DNA of 63,977 nucleotides, filler included, from Circinaria calcarea (taxonomy: Eukaryota), in the NCBI GenBank assembly GCA_051942165.1. It is 7 parts of 7 records of this genome, joined end to end, with 100 filler letters (N's around TTAATTAATTAA, not from the genome) between each part and the next. Parts side by side here need not be neighbours in the genome. Positions count along the whole stretch, not along the records: positions 18,470 to 27,594 come from JAVECS010000978.1; positions 27,695 to 36,817 come from JAVECS010000979.1; 5 more parts are not named here. The stretch is one strand, 5' to 3'. The translations under genes were made by a program, and so were the position numbers. The notes below the pieces were generated by a model, which was not told the DNA's origin, made no database searches, and saw nothing but the letters and a program-made list of their open reading frames with translations. Positions 21,972-35,214 of the stretch are shown one piece after another. Within the stretch, counting starts at the first letter, position 1; the number at the start of each line of letters is the position of its first letter.

Positions 21972-24310
21972 TCAGAATTCCACATCGCCTATTTCAGGCA
22001 CATCGGCCATCATGCCACTCCAGAACTCGTGGTCGTCAGGGATTTCAGTGTTCATATCCGCGCTAAATTCGAAAAGGTTGGTGAAATCGCTTGTCCCTCT
22101 GAAAGCATCCCTTCTCATATATGGAAACGCCGGACATGGGCCACGCTGAAGCTTCGAAGTATGCTTATCGGGTGTTGAGAATGACACATGAGGCTGGATC
22201 TCCTCTAGGTTGCCGAGTGACTCGTCTTTCAGATGCAAGTATGTGGATCTCACATTTTCGAATATCATCCTGTACATGGAAAAGAGATCGCTCTCCTGTG
22301 GGTTAATTATCTTTGAGGGGGTAAGACATTGCAAACGATAGCAAAGGGATTCTAGGTATATCTCCAATTTGGCAGTGTTGCGTGCTACTTGTACGTCCCA
22401 TTCAGGTATTACCGAAGGTCCTATAGAGAGCTTGTAGAGAACGAAGGTGGCAAATATCAGCCTTCCCCATTCAACAAAAGAGAAGTTGCGATATTCCGCG
22501 GCTGGTAACGAGAGCAAACATTCGAAATAAGACCTAGACGCTTCAAGACAACTGAATAGAACGTTGAGGCGGATAGATGCCGTGAACGAAGGTTGGGTCG
22601 CAACTGGGTGGCTTTCGCGCCCAGACATGCAATATAAAAGGCCCATTTCATGAACACTAACATTCATGAGGTGGTATCCCATGTCAATGAGTGCTGTGGA
22701 CTATGTTAGAATAGCAAAGATGCATTTATTAGAGCATATTCAAACCTACGAGATTGCTGAACATCCGGTGGCAGGGACACCTTCCATTCCTGAAGCTGAG
22801 ATTTGTAAGTTTTGACGTACGCCTGCAGACGTAGCTGCTCCATCTCAAGATGGCTTCCTAACTTATCCAGGTGAAATGTGCCATAGACTTCCTCGGCTAT
22901 TCGTTGTAGCCGGATCAAATACAGTAACGACATGTCGGATGGGTATTCCATCTCTTCTTGCAGCGACACACAGCACTGAATCATGTATTCAGTATACTTG
23001 ATATTGTTAGGCTTCTTGAAGCCGATCGTTATACTTCAACAAGCAAACAGAAATGCATTAGCTAGGATATGGCAGGCTTTAGGAGTTCCAGCTCTTAGCG
23101 AAACAAGTTAAATATCAGACTTACGCTGTGGACAGGTAGTAACAGCCCAAGTAGCAACGTCGTGCCTCCCTGCCATAAAAGTCGTGATTCGGGTGACCGC
23201 CAGAGTCCTCTGGGGTGTTCTGGTCATAGTGTGACAGATCGATCCCAACCTTATGTGCTCTAGCTTTCCACGGCTTCTGGTCAAGGCCAAGGTCAATTGT
23301 CATCCCAATGGCAATCTGTAGAAACTGATAGGACTGTTGATTGCGCGGAATGTAGTAGAAATGATACCTAGGATATGTATATTCAGCACCGGGGTTTTGC
23401 ATTAAGGATTATAGCGTAGATTGAGACTAACGGACCAGGCGAGATGAACTAAAAGCCCTTGAAGTAGATCTATACTCTTTTCTCCTTCGATTACGACCTT
23501 TGCACATAGTGTACTGCGAAACTCACGGTCCAGAGCTTTCTGCAGCGACTTCTCTGACGACAAGGCAGTTGCCAGGACCGCAAGAAGAAGGAAAGGTCTC
23601 TCCTGAGACATGCTGTATGCAGTAGCATTTAGAGGAAGTACGACAAAAGGGAAATACTGGGCCATATTGCGGAATGAAGAAAGGAGCTTCTCGGCTTTTT
23701 CGTAAGTGAGTAAGCCTTGTGCAAAGAGCTTTTGCGCGATATTCACAGTAGCTTCGGGTTCGCTCATTGCAGGTATTGCTTCCTGGGCTTCAAGATACGG
23801 TAGACTAGATGCTCCATGCCCAATTTGCGGTGGTACTTGGCCATCATAAGGGTTTTCAGAGATACTCTGTATGTCTACCTCTTGATCATGCTGATATGGT
23901 GATGGATTGGTAGATTCCGGCAGTTTCTGTGCTTGACCAAGGAGAGCAATGAGTCCGTCAAGCTTCGTCTCCATCTTTGCCACACGTCTGTGCCTTATGA
24001 ATCAGCCCAGAGCAGCTACAGCTCTAATTCTCCAAGCCCTTCTTACGTCTTCGACTCGCGGCCACGCCTCCGACGAGGCTGTTGGCTGACGATTACACAT
24101 TCTTTGTGTCCCCTCAGACATCTAAGTGAAGTAGCTCATTAGGCTGTGAGGAATAATTATGGAAGGCATCATGCTGAGTCTTTGGTATACTGACTTCTGA
24201 CAAAGGCCGACTTGATCACTCGGCAGACATCGGACCTTCAGGCTGCGACATCTTTCACATGCGTGCAACACCTTCGCCTTGGATTGGGAATCTTGCGATG
24301 GTGAATCCAT
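21972..24310 (-). CDS. Zn(II)2Cys6 transcription factor, multi-exon
   Basis: HACERCRSLKVRC...CQK|CLRGHKEC binuclear cluster; YFPFVVLP, KSIDLLQGLLVHLAW, REARRCYLGCYYLS middle homology region. Confidence 0.88.
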
Positions 24311-24755
24311 TTAGAGATACTCCGTGACTCGTTCACGGAGCGGCCGTGAAGAAAACCAAGGAAAGTGAACATGTTGTGTGAAATTGGCTGATACCCACGG
24401 AGAGACGGCGATTAAAAGCCATCCGGCCGGGGGTAAGCCCTACCAGCCAAGGTGCGTTCATCTCGTCTAAGTTACTTTAACAGGAAAAGTCCAATTTAAC
24501 TACACGGATCGTTTTAATGCCCGTGGGTTCGGCGTCGGACGTCAAAAGTAGTTGAGTACAGCGCCGAGTTGAGCAGGTTTGTGGTACTTTGTACGAGTAC
24601 TTGAGACTCGAATCCCAGATATAAAGCCCGTGAACATGTCCAGCAATCTGAAAAAAAAGCCAAATAGTAGTTCTACAAGCTACAAGTTCCCTTTTCCCAT
24701 TCAGTATCATTGAAAAGCTCTCCCTGACCATCACCTCCCCTAAACCTCCTCAGTC

Positions 24756-25430
24756 ATGGTTCCCCTCCATTTCGGCTTCCTCATGGTCCCCTACCAGACC
24801 CTTGACGTTGTCGGCCCCTTGGACGTCCTATCCTCCTCCAGTGCCGGCTACCTCAAAGCCGGCGAAAGCTTCGGGTTCCCCAAGGGTCTCTCCGAGAAAG
24901 CCCCGGACTTCATCTTCCACCACATCGGCCTCACCATGGAACCCGTCCAGATGACCGGTAATTACCATGTCCAACCGACAACCACGTACGACAAGTGCCC
25001 TCCGCTGGATTACCTCCTCGTCGGCGGTCCGTCGCCGACGTATCAGCTTCCGCCGGAGTTTGCCGAGTTCCTGCAGACGAGAGTGAAAGAGGTCACCACT
25101 CTGTTTACAACCTGTACGGGAGGGATGGTCCTTGCGGCGACTGGACTGTTGGATGGGAAGAATGCTACGACGACTAACTGGGTGGTGCCGTTCGCGAGGG
25201 AGATCTTTCCAAAGGTCAAATGGACGACGGAAAAGCAGTGGGTCATCGACGGTAATTTGTGGACCTCGGGCGGGGCTTGCGCTGGAATGGATATGCTGGC
25301 TTTTTTTATCATGTCGAAATATGGCATGGACGTTGCAGAGGCTGGCTTTTCCGCTTTAGATTACGAACCAAGAGATGTTGAGGGAAAGCGAGTGCCACTA
25401 AAGAAATCCCCAGGGGTTAAGGCAGAATAA
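24756..25430 (+). CDS. DJ-1/PfpI family protein (isocyanide-hydratase-like subgroup)
   Basis: QTLDVVGPLDVL, DYLLVGGP, FTTCTGG nucleophile elbow, WTSGGACAGMDM; intronless. Confidence 0.9.
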   Translation: MVPLHFGFLMVPYQTLDVVGPLDVLSSSSAGYLKAGESFGFPKGLSEKAPDFIFHHIGLTMEPVQMTGNYHVQPTTTYDKCPPLDYLLVGGPSPTYQLPPEFAEFLQTRVKEVTTLFTTCTGGMVLAATGLLDGKNATTTNWVVPFAREIFPKVKWTTEKQWVIDGNLWTSGGACAGMDMLAFFIMSKYGMDVAEAGFSALDYEPRDVEGKRVPLKKSPGVKAE

Positions 25431-25797
25431 AAAGTAGAACCCTAGTATAGTCAAGGGAAACAGGAATGTGGAAGTTGACATAGTGTGAATGAATGATAGA
25501 ACAACGAAGCCAGATTGATTCTAGCCAACTACCTATCTAGTACGAGGTTATTGAGGACAGCTCAGACATCTAAGTCGGGTGGTCCCACCATGCCAGCCAT
25601 GCCACCAATAATCAGCAGCCCATGGGCACGAATACACAATCCCGTCATATCACCATTTAGCCATCAATATGAGCCGCCATAGGGCAAACCTTTTCCAGAT
25701 GCAGATCAATGCACCAAGACGCCTCAAGCCTTAAATGCCGGCATATAGTCTATCCATACCGAGATGACACATTGTACAGATCTCCCCCTTGCTTTTC

Positions 25798-27594
25798 TCA
25801 TGCTCCTCCTCCTGCCAGGTGAATGACGAGCTTGTTGGTCAAGTCAAGGAAGGGCTGAGGAGAAGTGACGTCCTTGGCGGATACACGATATCCGGACCCT
25901 ATCAAAGCCTTTTCTGTCTCGTTGACAGTAGTCCCCACAAGCGATTCGTAACCAGCACACTTGAAGTCTACCAAGAATGTCCCGAAATGCTTGTCAGAGC
26001 CTGGTTCCAAGGTGTACAGCTGCACATCCATGTAGACATAACAAGCCCCTTCTGCACTGGTTGCGGGAGCTATGCCTCCCGTTGCTCCTGTCCCTCCAGT
26101 TCCGCCCGTCCCAACACTTGTGGTTGAAGCTGCCGCAGAGCTCAAGCTACTAATCACGCTATTGCGGCGACGGTTTTCGTCACCGGTCAAGTCCAACCGA
26201 CTGCTATGGGCAGAGTTGGAATGAACGGTACCAGGAGCGTACATGCCATCTTTTCTCCAACGCACTTTGATGCACCATGGGTCTTTGGGAATGTAACCTT
26301 CCGGAATCACATGGGGGTCGACGTCGTCGTCATCCACTTCACCATGGGGAGTTGTGATCTTGGCTGCGGCGTCTGGCGTCGCATCTTTGGCACCATCAAA
26401 GTCAGAACTGTACATATGCTCGTCCATGCGATGGCTAACGTCATTGGAGAGTGTTTTGGAGGCATCATCTGGGCTCCCGTGACCACGAGACAAGCTGTCG
26501 GTCAAATGTGTAGCGCCTGCAACATGGATGGGGTAGGTGCTCGGTGCGTGCTTCGGCTGGTTCATCGATGGCATCGGAACTTCCCAGTTTGCATGCTGGG
26601 CAGCTAATGCTTTGTAGACGCAATGCATAGCCTCGTGGGGCAGATTTCGACTCCGTATACCGAACTGCCATCTAGTCCGATTCTTCTTGGAAGGAGTACG
26701 AGTCAGCTCTTCCGGCTTCTCCCTTGCTTGAGAAGTTATGTACTGAAGCTGAATGGTAGAGCGAGAATGTGGTTTGAGACGTCTCGCTGTTGCAGCTTGG
26801 TCTTCGGACGATTGCACCCCAGGATTGGTGTTGAGGATAAGCTTGGAGAAGTAGGCAGCCTCATCAGGTGTCATCTCCTCTCCCTCTTGTTCAGTGGTAC
26901 GCGCGCGCTTTTCGCGCTCTTCTTTCTTTTTGTGCTCCATGTACTGATTGTGGTAGTATGGAATGCTACTAGCCAGAATAGCTATTTTGCTGACGTAATT
27001 GTCTTCTCTTGGTGGTGAAGACGATAATGGTTCTTGTTTCGGGGCTGGAAGTACTGGTCTGTGATGAACACGGCCAATGGATGATATATCTTCAACCTGC
27101 GCCTGCATAGCTTGGCCCACGGTTGACATGTGCTGTAATGAAGTAGGCATGTTCTCGTTCCACGCAGGCGGAGATTGGGCCAGAAATGGTTGAAGATTTG
27201 AAGCAGTGGTGAGGGAAGCTGGACAGTGTATCAGTAAGCCACTGAGCATAGATTCAGCTTTGAACGAATGGATCATGTGAGGACGCTAGTGTCGCTAAGG
27301 ACGGATATCGGGTTAATATCAACAAAGAAATACAACGCCATCGGCTCGACCCCGTATAGAATGTAGACACAGCGACATACATAACAGACAATAAAAGCAC
27401 TTACGATTCGTGGACATGATCTGGTTCTCTCTCACTATGAGATATGCATCCTTGATGGCATTCGGCTCATCTTTACCGAGTGCCTCCTGAACATCATGCT
27501 TGGCATAACCCATGGTCTTTCCGAGTTTACCGATCACGGATTCGTGGATCTGTTCCTGAACAGCAGGAGGTTTTCCCGGAGCGAGTTTCCGAGG
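25798..27594 (-). CDS. snf1: SNF1/AMPK catalytic subunit, C-terminal half (5' truncated)
   Basis: UBA-like KLGKTMGYAKHDVQEAL..IKDAYLIVREN; RWQFGIRSRN, DVQLYTLE, FLVDFKCAGYE, SPQPFLDLTNKLVIHLA. Confidence 0.93.
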
Positions 27595-27694
27595 NNNNNN
27601 NNNNNNNNNNNNNNNNNNNNNNNNNNNNNNNNNNNNNNTTAATTAATTAANNNNNNNNNNNNNNNNNNNNNNNNNNNNNNNNNNNNNNNNNNNN
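27595..27694. other. Artificial contig linker
   Basis: N44-TTAATTAATTAA-N44. Confidence 0.98.
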
Positions 27695-28204
27695 AAGAAG
27701 AAGAACTCGTCTACAATTTCACGTCTGATAGGATCAGCTTATGACGAGCGTCCTATCCCATGTCTGCAAACAGGTTGCAACTTTCGCTTCATCCGCGAAT
27801 ACGACCTCGACATCCATCTTCAGAGTAAGCACGGCTTCGCCGACTTTGAAATCCAGCTCCTCCGTGGCGCGCGCGATGGAACCGAGCCCAGCACTTACGG
27901 GCACAAACTCGCCACCGATCGAAGCAATGCCATGGAGATGGAAGCGGATAACGCTTTGGATGCTCAATTCGCCAACTTTATAACCGAGCGAGATATGATG
28001 GATAATGCACACAGGGATTTGGTTGAGGATATTGAAGAGGCTGCAGCCCGGGGAGGACAATTCTGGGTTGGTGGCGGCGGCGGAGGGTATGACATGGACA
28101 TGGGAGACGAATGGGACAAGGATGAAATGGAGATGCAGCGGCTCATCACCGGTGACCGTGGAGCAGATGGGGATGAGATGATGATTGACCCTGTCTTGAG
28201 GTAA
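27695..28204 (+). CDS. 3' end of C2H2 zinc-finger protein, probably transcription factor IIIA
   Basis: Frame open from contig start: SRLIGSAYDERPIPCLQTGCNFRFIREYDLDIHLQSKH (isolated last finger) + acidic tail ending IDPVLR. Confidence 0.65.
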   Translation, partial: KKKNSSTISRLIGSAYDERPIPCLQTGCNFRFIREYDLDIHLQSKHGFADFEIQLLRGARDGTEPSTYGHKLATDRSNAMEMEADNALDAQFANFITERDMMDNAHRDLVEDIEEAAARGGQFWVGGGGGGYDMDMGDEWDKDEMEMQRLITGDRGADGDEMMIDPVLR

Positions 28205-28412
28205 AATCGGGAAAAGTTGACAGAGAGCTGTTGTATGGCATTGGGGAAATGGTCATGTAAGTTTTACCATGATAAGGTGATAGCTTGCCGGTGGCTTGAT
28301 TAAATAGATTCACGCAACGATACTCCTATTGCTCCCCATCATAATCCTAGTATGCATGTACCTATCTGGCATCTCCCATCGCCTCAGGGGTAAGAGCTCG
28401 GGTCACAAGTAC

Positions 28413-28446
28413 GAGAATCGAGAATCGAGAATCGAGAATCAAGAAT
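28413..28446 (+). repeat. 7-bp tandem repeat (GAGAATC)n, ~5 units
   Basis: gagaatc gagaatc gagaatc gagaatc aagaat. Confidence 0.85.
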
Positions 28447-28698
28447 TATAGCGGCCAACGGAACAGAGAAAAGTCCCCCCTTCGCCGCAAAACCCTTCCA
28501 TACTCCATAATAAGATTTTCATTCCTCTTGCTAGAGTACAAACTCCGTCCTGTAGCGAAGGAGAGAGAGAAAGTAGCTTTACCCGCCGTGACAATAACTG
28601 GTCCACACGTCAACTTGGCTGTACCAGGAGGAAATACCGCCAGCTGGCTGAATCCTCATGCATGATCCACATGCGTGTAAGCGCAAGACCCACCGCAA

Positions 28699-29010
28699 TC
28701 AGACCGTTCCCGTCTTCCTTTTCCAGGTCATCAGCGACGCCACAATGACAGCAGCGCTGAGGCCGATCATGACTCTCATTTGCTCGGCGTAGGCACTCGC
28801 GTACATCGACTTGACGCTGTCCTGAAGGTGGGGAGGGAGTGCCTTGATGGTTTGGGTCGATTGCAGGAGGTTCGTCAGCTGTTCGGAGGAGAGAGTCGTT
28901 GCCAGCCCGGATTTGATCCGGCTAATCAGGACGGTGGAGTAGGTCGACAAGCCGATGATGGCGCCGAGGACGCGGGTTTGGGTGATAGCCCCGTTGGCCA
29001 CCGCTGCTGG
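28699..29010 (-). pseudogene. C-terminal fragment of an MFS (DHA2-type) transporter
   Basis: AVANGAITQTRVLGAIIGLS...YASAYAEQMRVMIGLSAAVIVASLMTW; no recognisable upstream TM exons. Confidence 0.6.
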
Positions 29011-30019
29011 ATAGTCAAAGTTTCGGTATCCTTCCGGAGTAAAGCTCAAGGGGCCGACGGCATGATAAAGACATGCCTTAATAATGCAGGCCCTACAGTA
29101 GCTGACATATCTACGAGAGATGCGTGTCGGATGCCTTGACGCAGTTCACGCAGGTTGGTGGTTGGGTAGTTGGTCAGCGGGAGATACTGCTCCAATTGGG
29201 CTGGAAATAAGAAAGAGGGTATGTATGACCCAACGACTCCACCCTGCGACATTCATGGAGAAGCTTCTACTAAGGATATCCGTCCATCTAGAGAAAGAGC
29301 ATTATCAGCAGCTGTCGCACCCTACCGGATATTCGACTATGCCTAGCTGAGATATATTCTAGCCTTTCACTCTGCACATATGCATGAGCAAGGGGTGATC
29401 CAGCTTCCAGCATCATCGGTAAATGTGCACGAGTAAAATAAAAAAGGCAGAAAGGCGAAGCTCTCTTCTGCATCACCTCTATAACCATAGTCGAGGCAAT
29501 TATATGCATTGCTTTTTTACCTCATGTCTTATGATATAATGCGGCTCAAGGATAAGCATCCAGCCCCAAAGCTTCTTGTGCGGCAATGTGATCGATATGC
29601 GAGACCCAGACCTCGAGAACTGGGTAGGTAGTTCTGCATGTGGTTGGGTATTAAAATCTACTAATCGAAATTGCAGGGTTTCCGGGATCGCCGGTATATC
29701 TAGTTTCGCGGCACGGACTAGCAAGTAAGTATTGAAGATTAGGGAACAAGAGTGCATACGGAGTAAAGCTACCGCTGCTGTGCCATCATTAGGGATACTA
29801 ACTATGACAGTACACCCCAGGTAAGGTTAGAGCTTAAGCTGCACTTTATGCTGAGCAATGTATATAGTGGCATGCATTGTTGTGTGAGTGTGTGTCTATC
29901 TAAGCGAGCACACGAGGAAAAAACGCTTTTTGAGGTGTGTGGAGAGTGTGGAGTATGGGCTACGCATTACCCGTAGGCAACACGTGACTCGGTAAGCCCT
30001 ATGACTTCCAACCCTTTAC

Positions 30020-31114
30020 TCAAAATACAATAGCCTCGTGGTTCTTGCCGTCTACACACTTTCTTCCCACGACAACCTGGAGAACCATCGAAACGGCAGC
30101 CCCTTGCTGCACTTCTGCGTAAGCAGTTTGGTTCAGCTGGCGGAGGCTATCACCGCTACCCGGGGGTCCAGATCTGTCCAAGTGATTGGAGGCGTACTCG
30201 TCACTGAGTACACAGGCCAGCTCCATGAATGTTTTCCTAAATTCAGGACGCTCACGGTGTACGTCTACTGTCACTCCATCTAACCCAAAATGTTCGAAGG
30301 TGCTCGGAAGATTGGCAACCCATCTATACGTCACGAAATATCAGCGTATATCGCCTCGGCTGGGATAGAAGAAAAAATTGCGGTCTAAATAGTAAACGTA
30401 CTGGAATGGTTTAGTATTGCGCAGGTCACACAATTTTTGGACACTTGCTGTTGGGGAAGATTTACGGGAGGTGACGACTTCGTTTTGATGAACATCAATT
30501 TCATCCCACTGAAGGAACCCACCTGGTTCTGAAAAGGGTTGTTAAGTTAGCAAAGTAGGCTTAGGAGATTCAACCATGGACAATATTAACTCAGCAACTT
30601 GAGACAATGTTTTAACACAGCCGTTGGATCATCGTTATCGACTACGAGCAGAAAAAATCGAAGGTGGACAATGTCGTATTTCCCTAACAAATGCTCTGGA
30701 GGATCTTCCATAGCATCTAGTACTTGTAAGGTAACGTTGCTCGGTAGCCATTCCTTCGGAGAGAACTGATCTGCTGAGATATCGAAGCCATCTAGTTGGG
30801 AAGAAGAAGGGAGCCGTTTGGCTAGATCAAAGAGCCAGACTCTGCTAAGGTGAGCTTTTGTAACAATAATATAATGTGTAAATATGTACCCTGTACCAGT
30901 TCCTACATCCGCGATCCTCAGATTATCCCGAGTCGCTGGGATTTCTGGATGCAGGCTATAATCAAGACATTCCCTCCAGAGGAAATGCTGAAGGTTCAAC
31001 CTAAAACCGAATCATATATTAGCTCTGCACAGGTATAGTTAAAGGATCATTAGGCTAGTGATACCTTATTGCAGAGATGTAACCCCTCCCGAGAGCGTAA
31101 GTGTCACCAGCCAT
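30020..31114 (-). CDS. Class I SAM-dependent methyltransferase (LaeA-like), multi-exon
   Basis: RLNLQHFLW, RIADVGTGTG, LDGFDIS, YDIVHLR, PGGFLQWDE. Confidence 0.88.
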
Positions 31115-32535
31115 CTAAGGAACTTGAAGCAGACTCCTGCTGTCAGTGAATAGAAGATAGAGTGAAAAGAGAGCAGAAAGGCAAGATCAAGGAACCGAAC
31201 TTTCGGAATTATAACGGCTGCCTGTTTGCCTGTTCCCCGCGTGATTCTATAGGAACTTCGGAACGCAGATAGGACGTAAAGCAGAGAAACCAGAGCGATA
31301 GACACAAACAAATCTTAAAGGAAAGCTCGTTATCCTCGGTCTCTCATCCTTCCCGCTCCCGAGGAACCAGAGTGTGCTAACTGCTTGATGATCCGTTGAT
31401 CCTCCGAACTTTGTCTCAGTACTATATTGACTTTGATGGCCTGTTAATCAGATCCTTCGGGATCGGCGTAGCTAACTTACGTACGTGGCCGTCTCGGAAG
31501 GGGTCTGCAACTAGAACAAGGGGCAGATCGGATATTCCGTGGTCGGGTAAGTGAAATAGGCAAGAACTCCGCAGATGAATATTCTATGGCTGCAAAATAT
31601 CCGATCTGCATAGCACCAGCAGCTAAGAGCTTTACCACAACCATTGAACTAATCGATGCATTTCGGGGGTGCACCCTGCTTTCGAGAAACGTTTGATCAA
31701 CATTTTGTATTAGTTTTGCATTCAATGCGTACATTATTCTTGGCTAGCTATGTGCGTTCATCTATGCACTTTCACCGCTACGTTCGTAGACTAGTGAGTG
31801 ATCAAGTATCGATATTTGAACAAAATGGAGGCCCCCGGGAGGGTTCTGATGGGGTTCGGCCTGTATGCAGAAGGGATTTCTTACTAAGCGGCCATTACGT
31901 ACACGTTTAAGTGACTATATGTAGGGAGTGGAGGGTAGGTGAAGCAATTTGACAGCGGCGACCATATGCGAAGAATAACAAGCAATGCAGAAAGCAGATA
32001 GAATTGGGGGCCCTCCGTCTGCTATTCATTCTTCTTACCCCGCTTTGGCGAAGCGGGGGGTGAGTTCACCGCTCCGTTTGCATAAAACCATTCCATATAT
32101 TCTGAAATTCTTACATTCGTGCCATACATCGAGCCTATATTGAAAGAGTGTTTGCCCGGTCGAGGTATTTTTCATCTGTTAGCTAGCCAATGATACTTGC
32201 TTATGTTATTTACTCCTATTTGGTTTTCACTTCGAATAATTATTGTTGGTACAGTACTATCTGTGTGGAAGGAGTGGTGGCAGCATGGCTGATACAATGC
32301 ACCTTTCGGTAATCTCGCCGCTATTTACCGCATTTTTGTATTTGTTCTTGGCTTATAGTCCAAAGTGCTGGTGTAGCCTGCTAAAATAAATGGAAAGGGA
32401 TTAATTGTACCCGCAATTTTTCTTATATAACCTATTTTTCCCCTCCTACAGTGAATTGCTTCCTCACCGTTTATCCACACAAATAACGATTATCTCTTGC
32501 CGTTCTTTCCACATATATAACGAAGGAGCTTCGTC

Positions 32536-34123
32536 ATGAAACCCGTTTTTACGACTGGTCAGAAGTCACATTACTCTCCACCTAAACACGGCATTCTCTC
32601 TCATCTGCCAACTATACTGGTTCGTACGGCGAACTCACACGTATCGACAAGCCGGCAGGTTACCTTTACGCATATCTTCCATGCCTTTTCGGCAGTATTC
32701 TTGCCGCCTCAATTGCTACACCAAAAATCCCCGTCTCTCACTTCGCATTTATCAACCTAATATTACTCACCGACTCGATGATCCTACGAGGTGCAGGTTG
32801 TGCTTGGAATGATCTGCTCGATCAGAAAGTAAATGCTCAAGTTCTTCGGACACGGTATCGCCCTATGGCTCGTGGTGCCGTGACTGTGTTTGGTGCAACT
32901 TTGTGTATTGTAATACATCTTCTGATTGACCTTGGCATTATACTCTTGTTACCAGCAGACTTCTTTTATTACCGCATTGTGTGCATTTTTGGCATTGGAG
33001 CCTATTCTTTGGCAAAACGTGTGACATACTATCCACAACTCGTTATCGGCTTTGTGATGACTTCTGGGAGTGCGACAGCTTTTCCGGCACTTGACCAGCA
33101 TGTATCGTCGTCGTTTACCTCTGTAGCCGCTGCTGTATTCTTGCATTGTTTCACTGCTGCATGGCTGATACTCTTTGACTGGATTTATGCACATCAGGGT
33201 ATCAAAGATGATGTGAAATGCGGTGTTAAGTCGATGGTAGTATGGTATAGGGGTAACGGCGAATATCTGCCACGCACCCCACCTTTACCATTCATTGCTT
33301 CCACGCACCCTACCGTATCTGCCACACACCCTCCCTTTTTTCTTTCGCCCACACACCCCTCTAATATATCACCGACGCACCCCTCGAGTTTTTCCGCCGT
33401 CGGAGGTTTCGGAGACTTCGGACTCGTTTCGTATTGTAACCTATAATTACCTTATAATAATTAGTAAATAACTTGTAAATGAGGAAATATTAACGCTTTA
33501 CCTGCTATATTTAATAGTGAGATGACAATCTCGCCTTTTTCTTTAGTTTTCACACAATCATATATCTTCTTTTTTAGTCTAGCTATAGTAATTAACAAGA
33601 AATGGGGCACGAATTCCAGCATTTTCATAGCCCTATATTACTTTCGATATATAAAGTTGAATTTCATGCGAATAGTGCGGCTAGCGCTTATTAACGCCGG
33701 ATTATCTATTTTCCGATTAATTTAAATTTATTGCCGAGGGTGCGTGGGCGAAAGAAAAAGGGGAGGGTGCGTGGCAGATACGGTAGGGTGCGTGGAAGCA
33801 ATGAATGGTAAAGATGGGGTGCGTGGTAGATATTCGCCGTAGGGGTAACGTAAGGCCTTTTATATTCGCTAGCCTTGGTGCATATTGTTTTCCTTCTAGC
33901 TTTTAGTATAGTGATACAGGCTAGACCGGTTGAATATGTCGGCGCTTACCTTACCCTGTCAGTGCTGGGTGTTATGATCAGTAAAGTGGATTTAGAAAGT
34001 CCTGGGAATTACTGGTGGTGGTTTAGAAATGGGTGTTTATTTACGGGTGGAATGGTGGCTTCACTGGGGGATATTTCACAAGGCAACAAGGATCAGTGCG
34101 TGATGAATAGCAAGGAGGAATAA
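32536..34123 (+). pseudogene. UbiA-family aromatic polyprenyltransferase pseudogene
   Basis: YGELTRIDKPAG, RGAGCAWNDLLD..RTRYRPMARG, IYAHQGIKDDVKCGVKS; frameshifts near 32620 and 33860, and a 583-bp insertion. Confidence 0.85.
33257..33839. mobile_element. Non-autonomous TIR element (MITE), Mutator-like, 583 bp
   Basis: ~104-bp TIRs (33257-33361 / 33736-33839) starting CGGCGAATATCT; perfect 9-bp TSD TAGGGGTAA at 33248-33256 and 33840-33848; AT-rich interior. Confidence 0.92.
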
Positions 34124-35214
34124 ACAGAGATGCCATTGCTAGTAGCACTGGCTGCATTCGCGTCTGATCCACTGTGCAAATGCTGTTATAAGGAAGTATT
34201 GATCTTGCAGAACTTTACATAATTAGAATGCTACAATTGCCAAGCTACCGCTTTTTCGTGCGTGGTCCAATATCAGCATAAAAACTTAACGACTTGGACC
34301 ATATCTGGTGGTTTTGATTATGTGCGATCGAGGCTGGTGGCCGAAAGCTGTTGCCGGCTTACCATAAAGCTAGGGGCCGCCTACAGGCGAGTAGGTGTGA
34401 CAAGCCCAAGCCTGCAGATATTCAACACGCTGGAAATCAAGGTGTGGCACCACGATGTATGCGGTATTTAAATGTATTTGTATCCTTGTGTCTACACTTT
34501 GCCCTAGTTAGAGCTTGTCATATCTCCGTACATTGATAGCCTAAGGCGCCTTATCCTCAAGAGTTCTCAGCACTTCTGTTGCACGATAAGTCCTCTTATC
34601 ATAATGCCATGGAGGAGCCGTGCATCTTGGACGGCAAGAAAGACTTGGCTTATCTTACGCTACGTATGGCGGGCTGTCATTGTGGATGGAAGTTGTATGA
34701 AAAGAAGCAGCTATCCTGATAGCCGCAATGATCGTCGATGAACCCTCGAGAAGTATCAACTAATGTAACAGCTTTGCGCTAATGCACAATGACGCTACGG
34801 TTACTTAGTTCCTGCCCAATGTTACCTGCCTACATAGGTACCTTGACGTCGAACCGTGGCATAAGGTTTGCAGCTTCCACTTGGCGCGGAGCTGTCAAGG
34901 TACAGTACAGAGGGGTGACAGCTCGGGTTAGAATACACAGGGGCCGTATTATGATAAACACTGATCCAGCTCCCTGTTATCCCACACAAAAACAGTCCGT
35001 GCACTTCACACGGCATAGTATGCCTGCCTCATGCAAGGCAGTGGTTCTCACGTAACTGGGCGATGGCACCTTAAATTCGAAAGGTGTTTAATGTACTAGA
35101 TTAGTTTCTTTTTTCTTATCTCGACTCGCCATCATCGTCTTCGACTCATTACTTTAGAAAAGGTAAAGTCTTCAGCACTCGTATTTCATTCCTAGTCAAA
35201 ACAGCCAGAAAAGC

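Noticed and set aside
9765..28204. Functional linkage of the 5S rRNA copy and the TFIIIA-like gene
   Set aside because: They are on different contigs joined artificially
33257..33446. THP-repeat C-terminal tail of the UbiA ORF as a protein repeat domain
   Set aside because: It is read-through translation of the MITE TIR subrepeats
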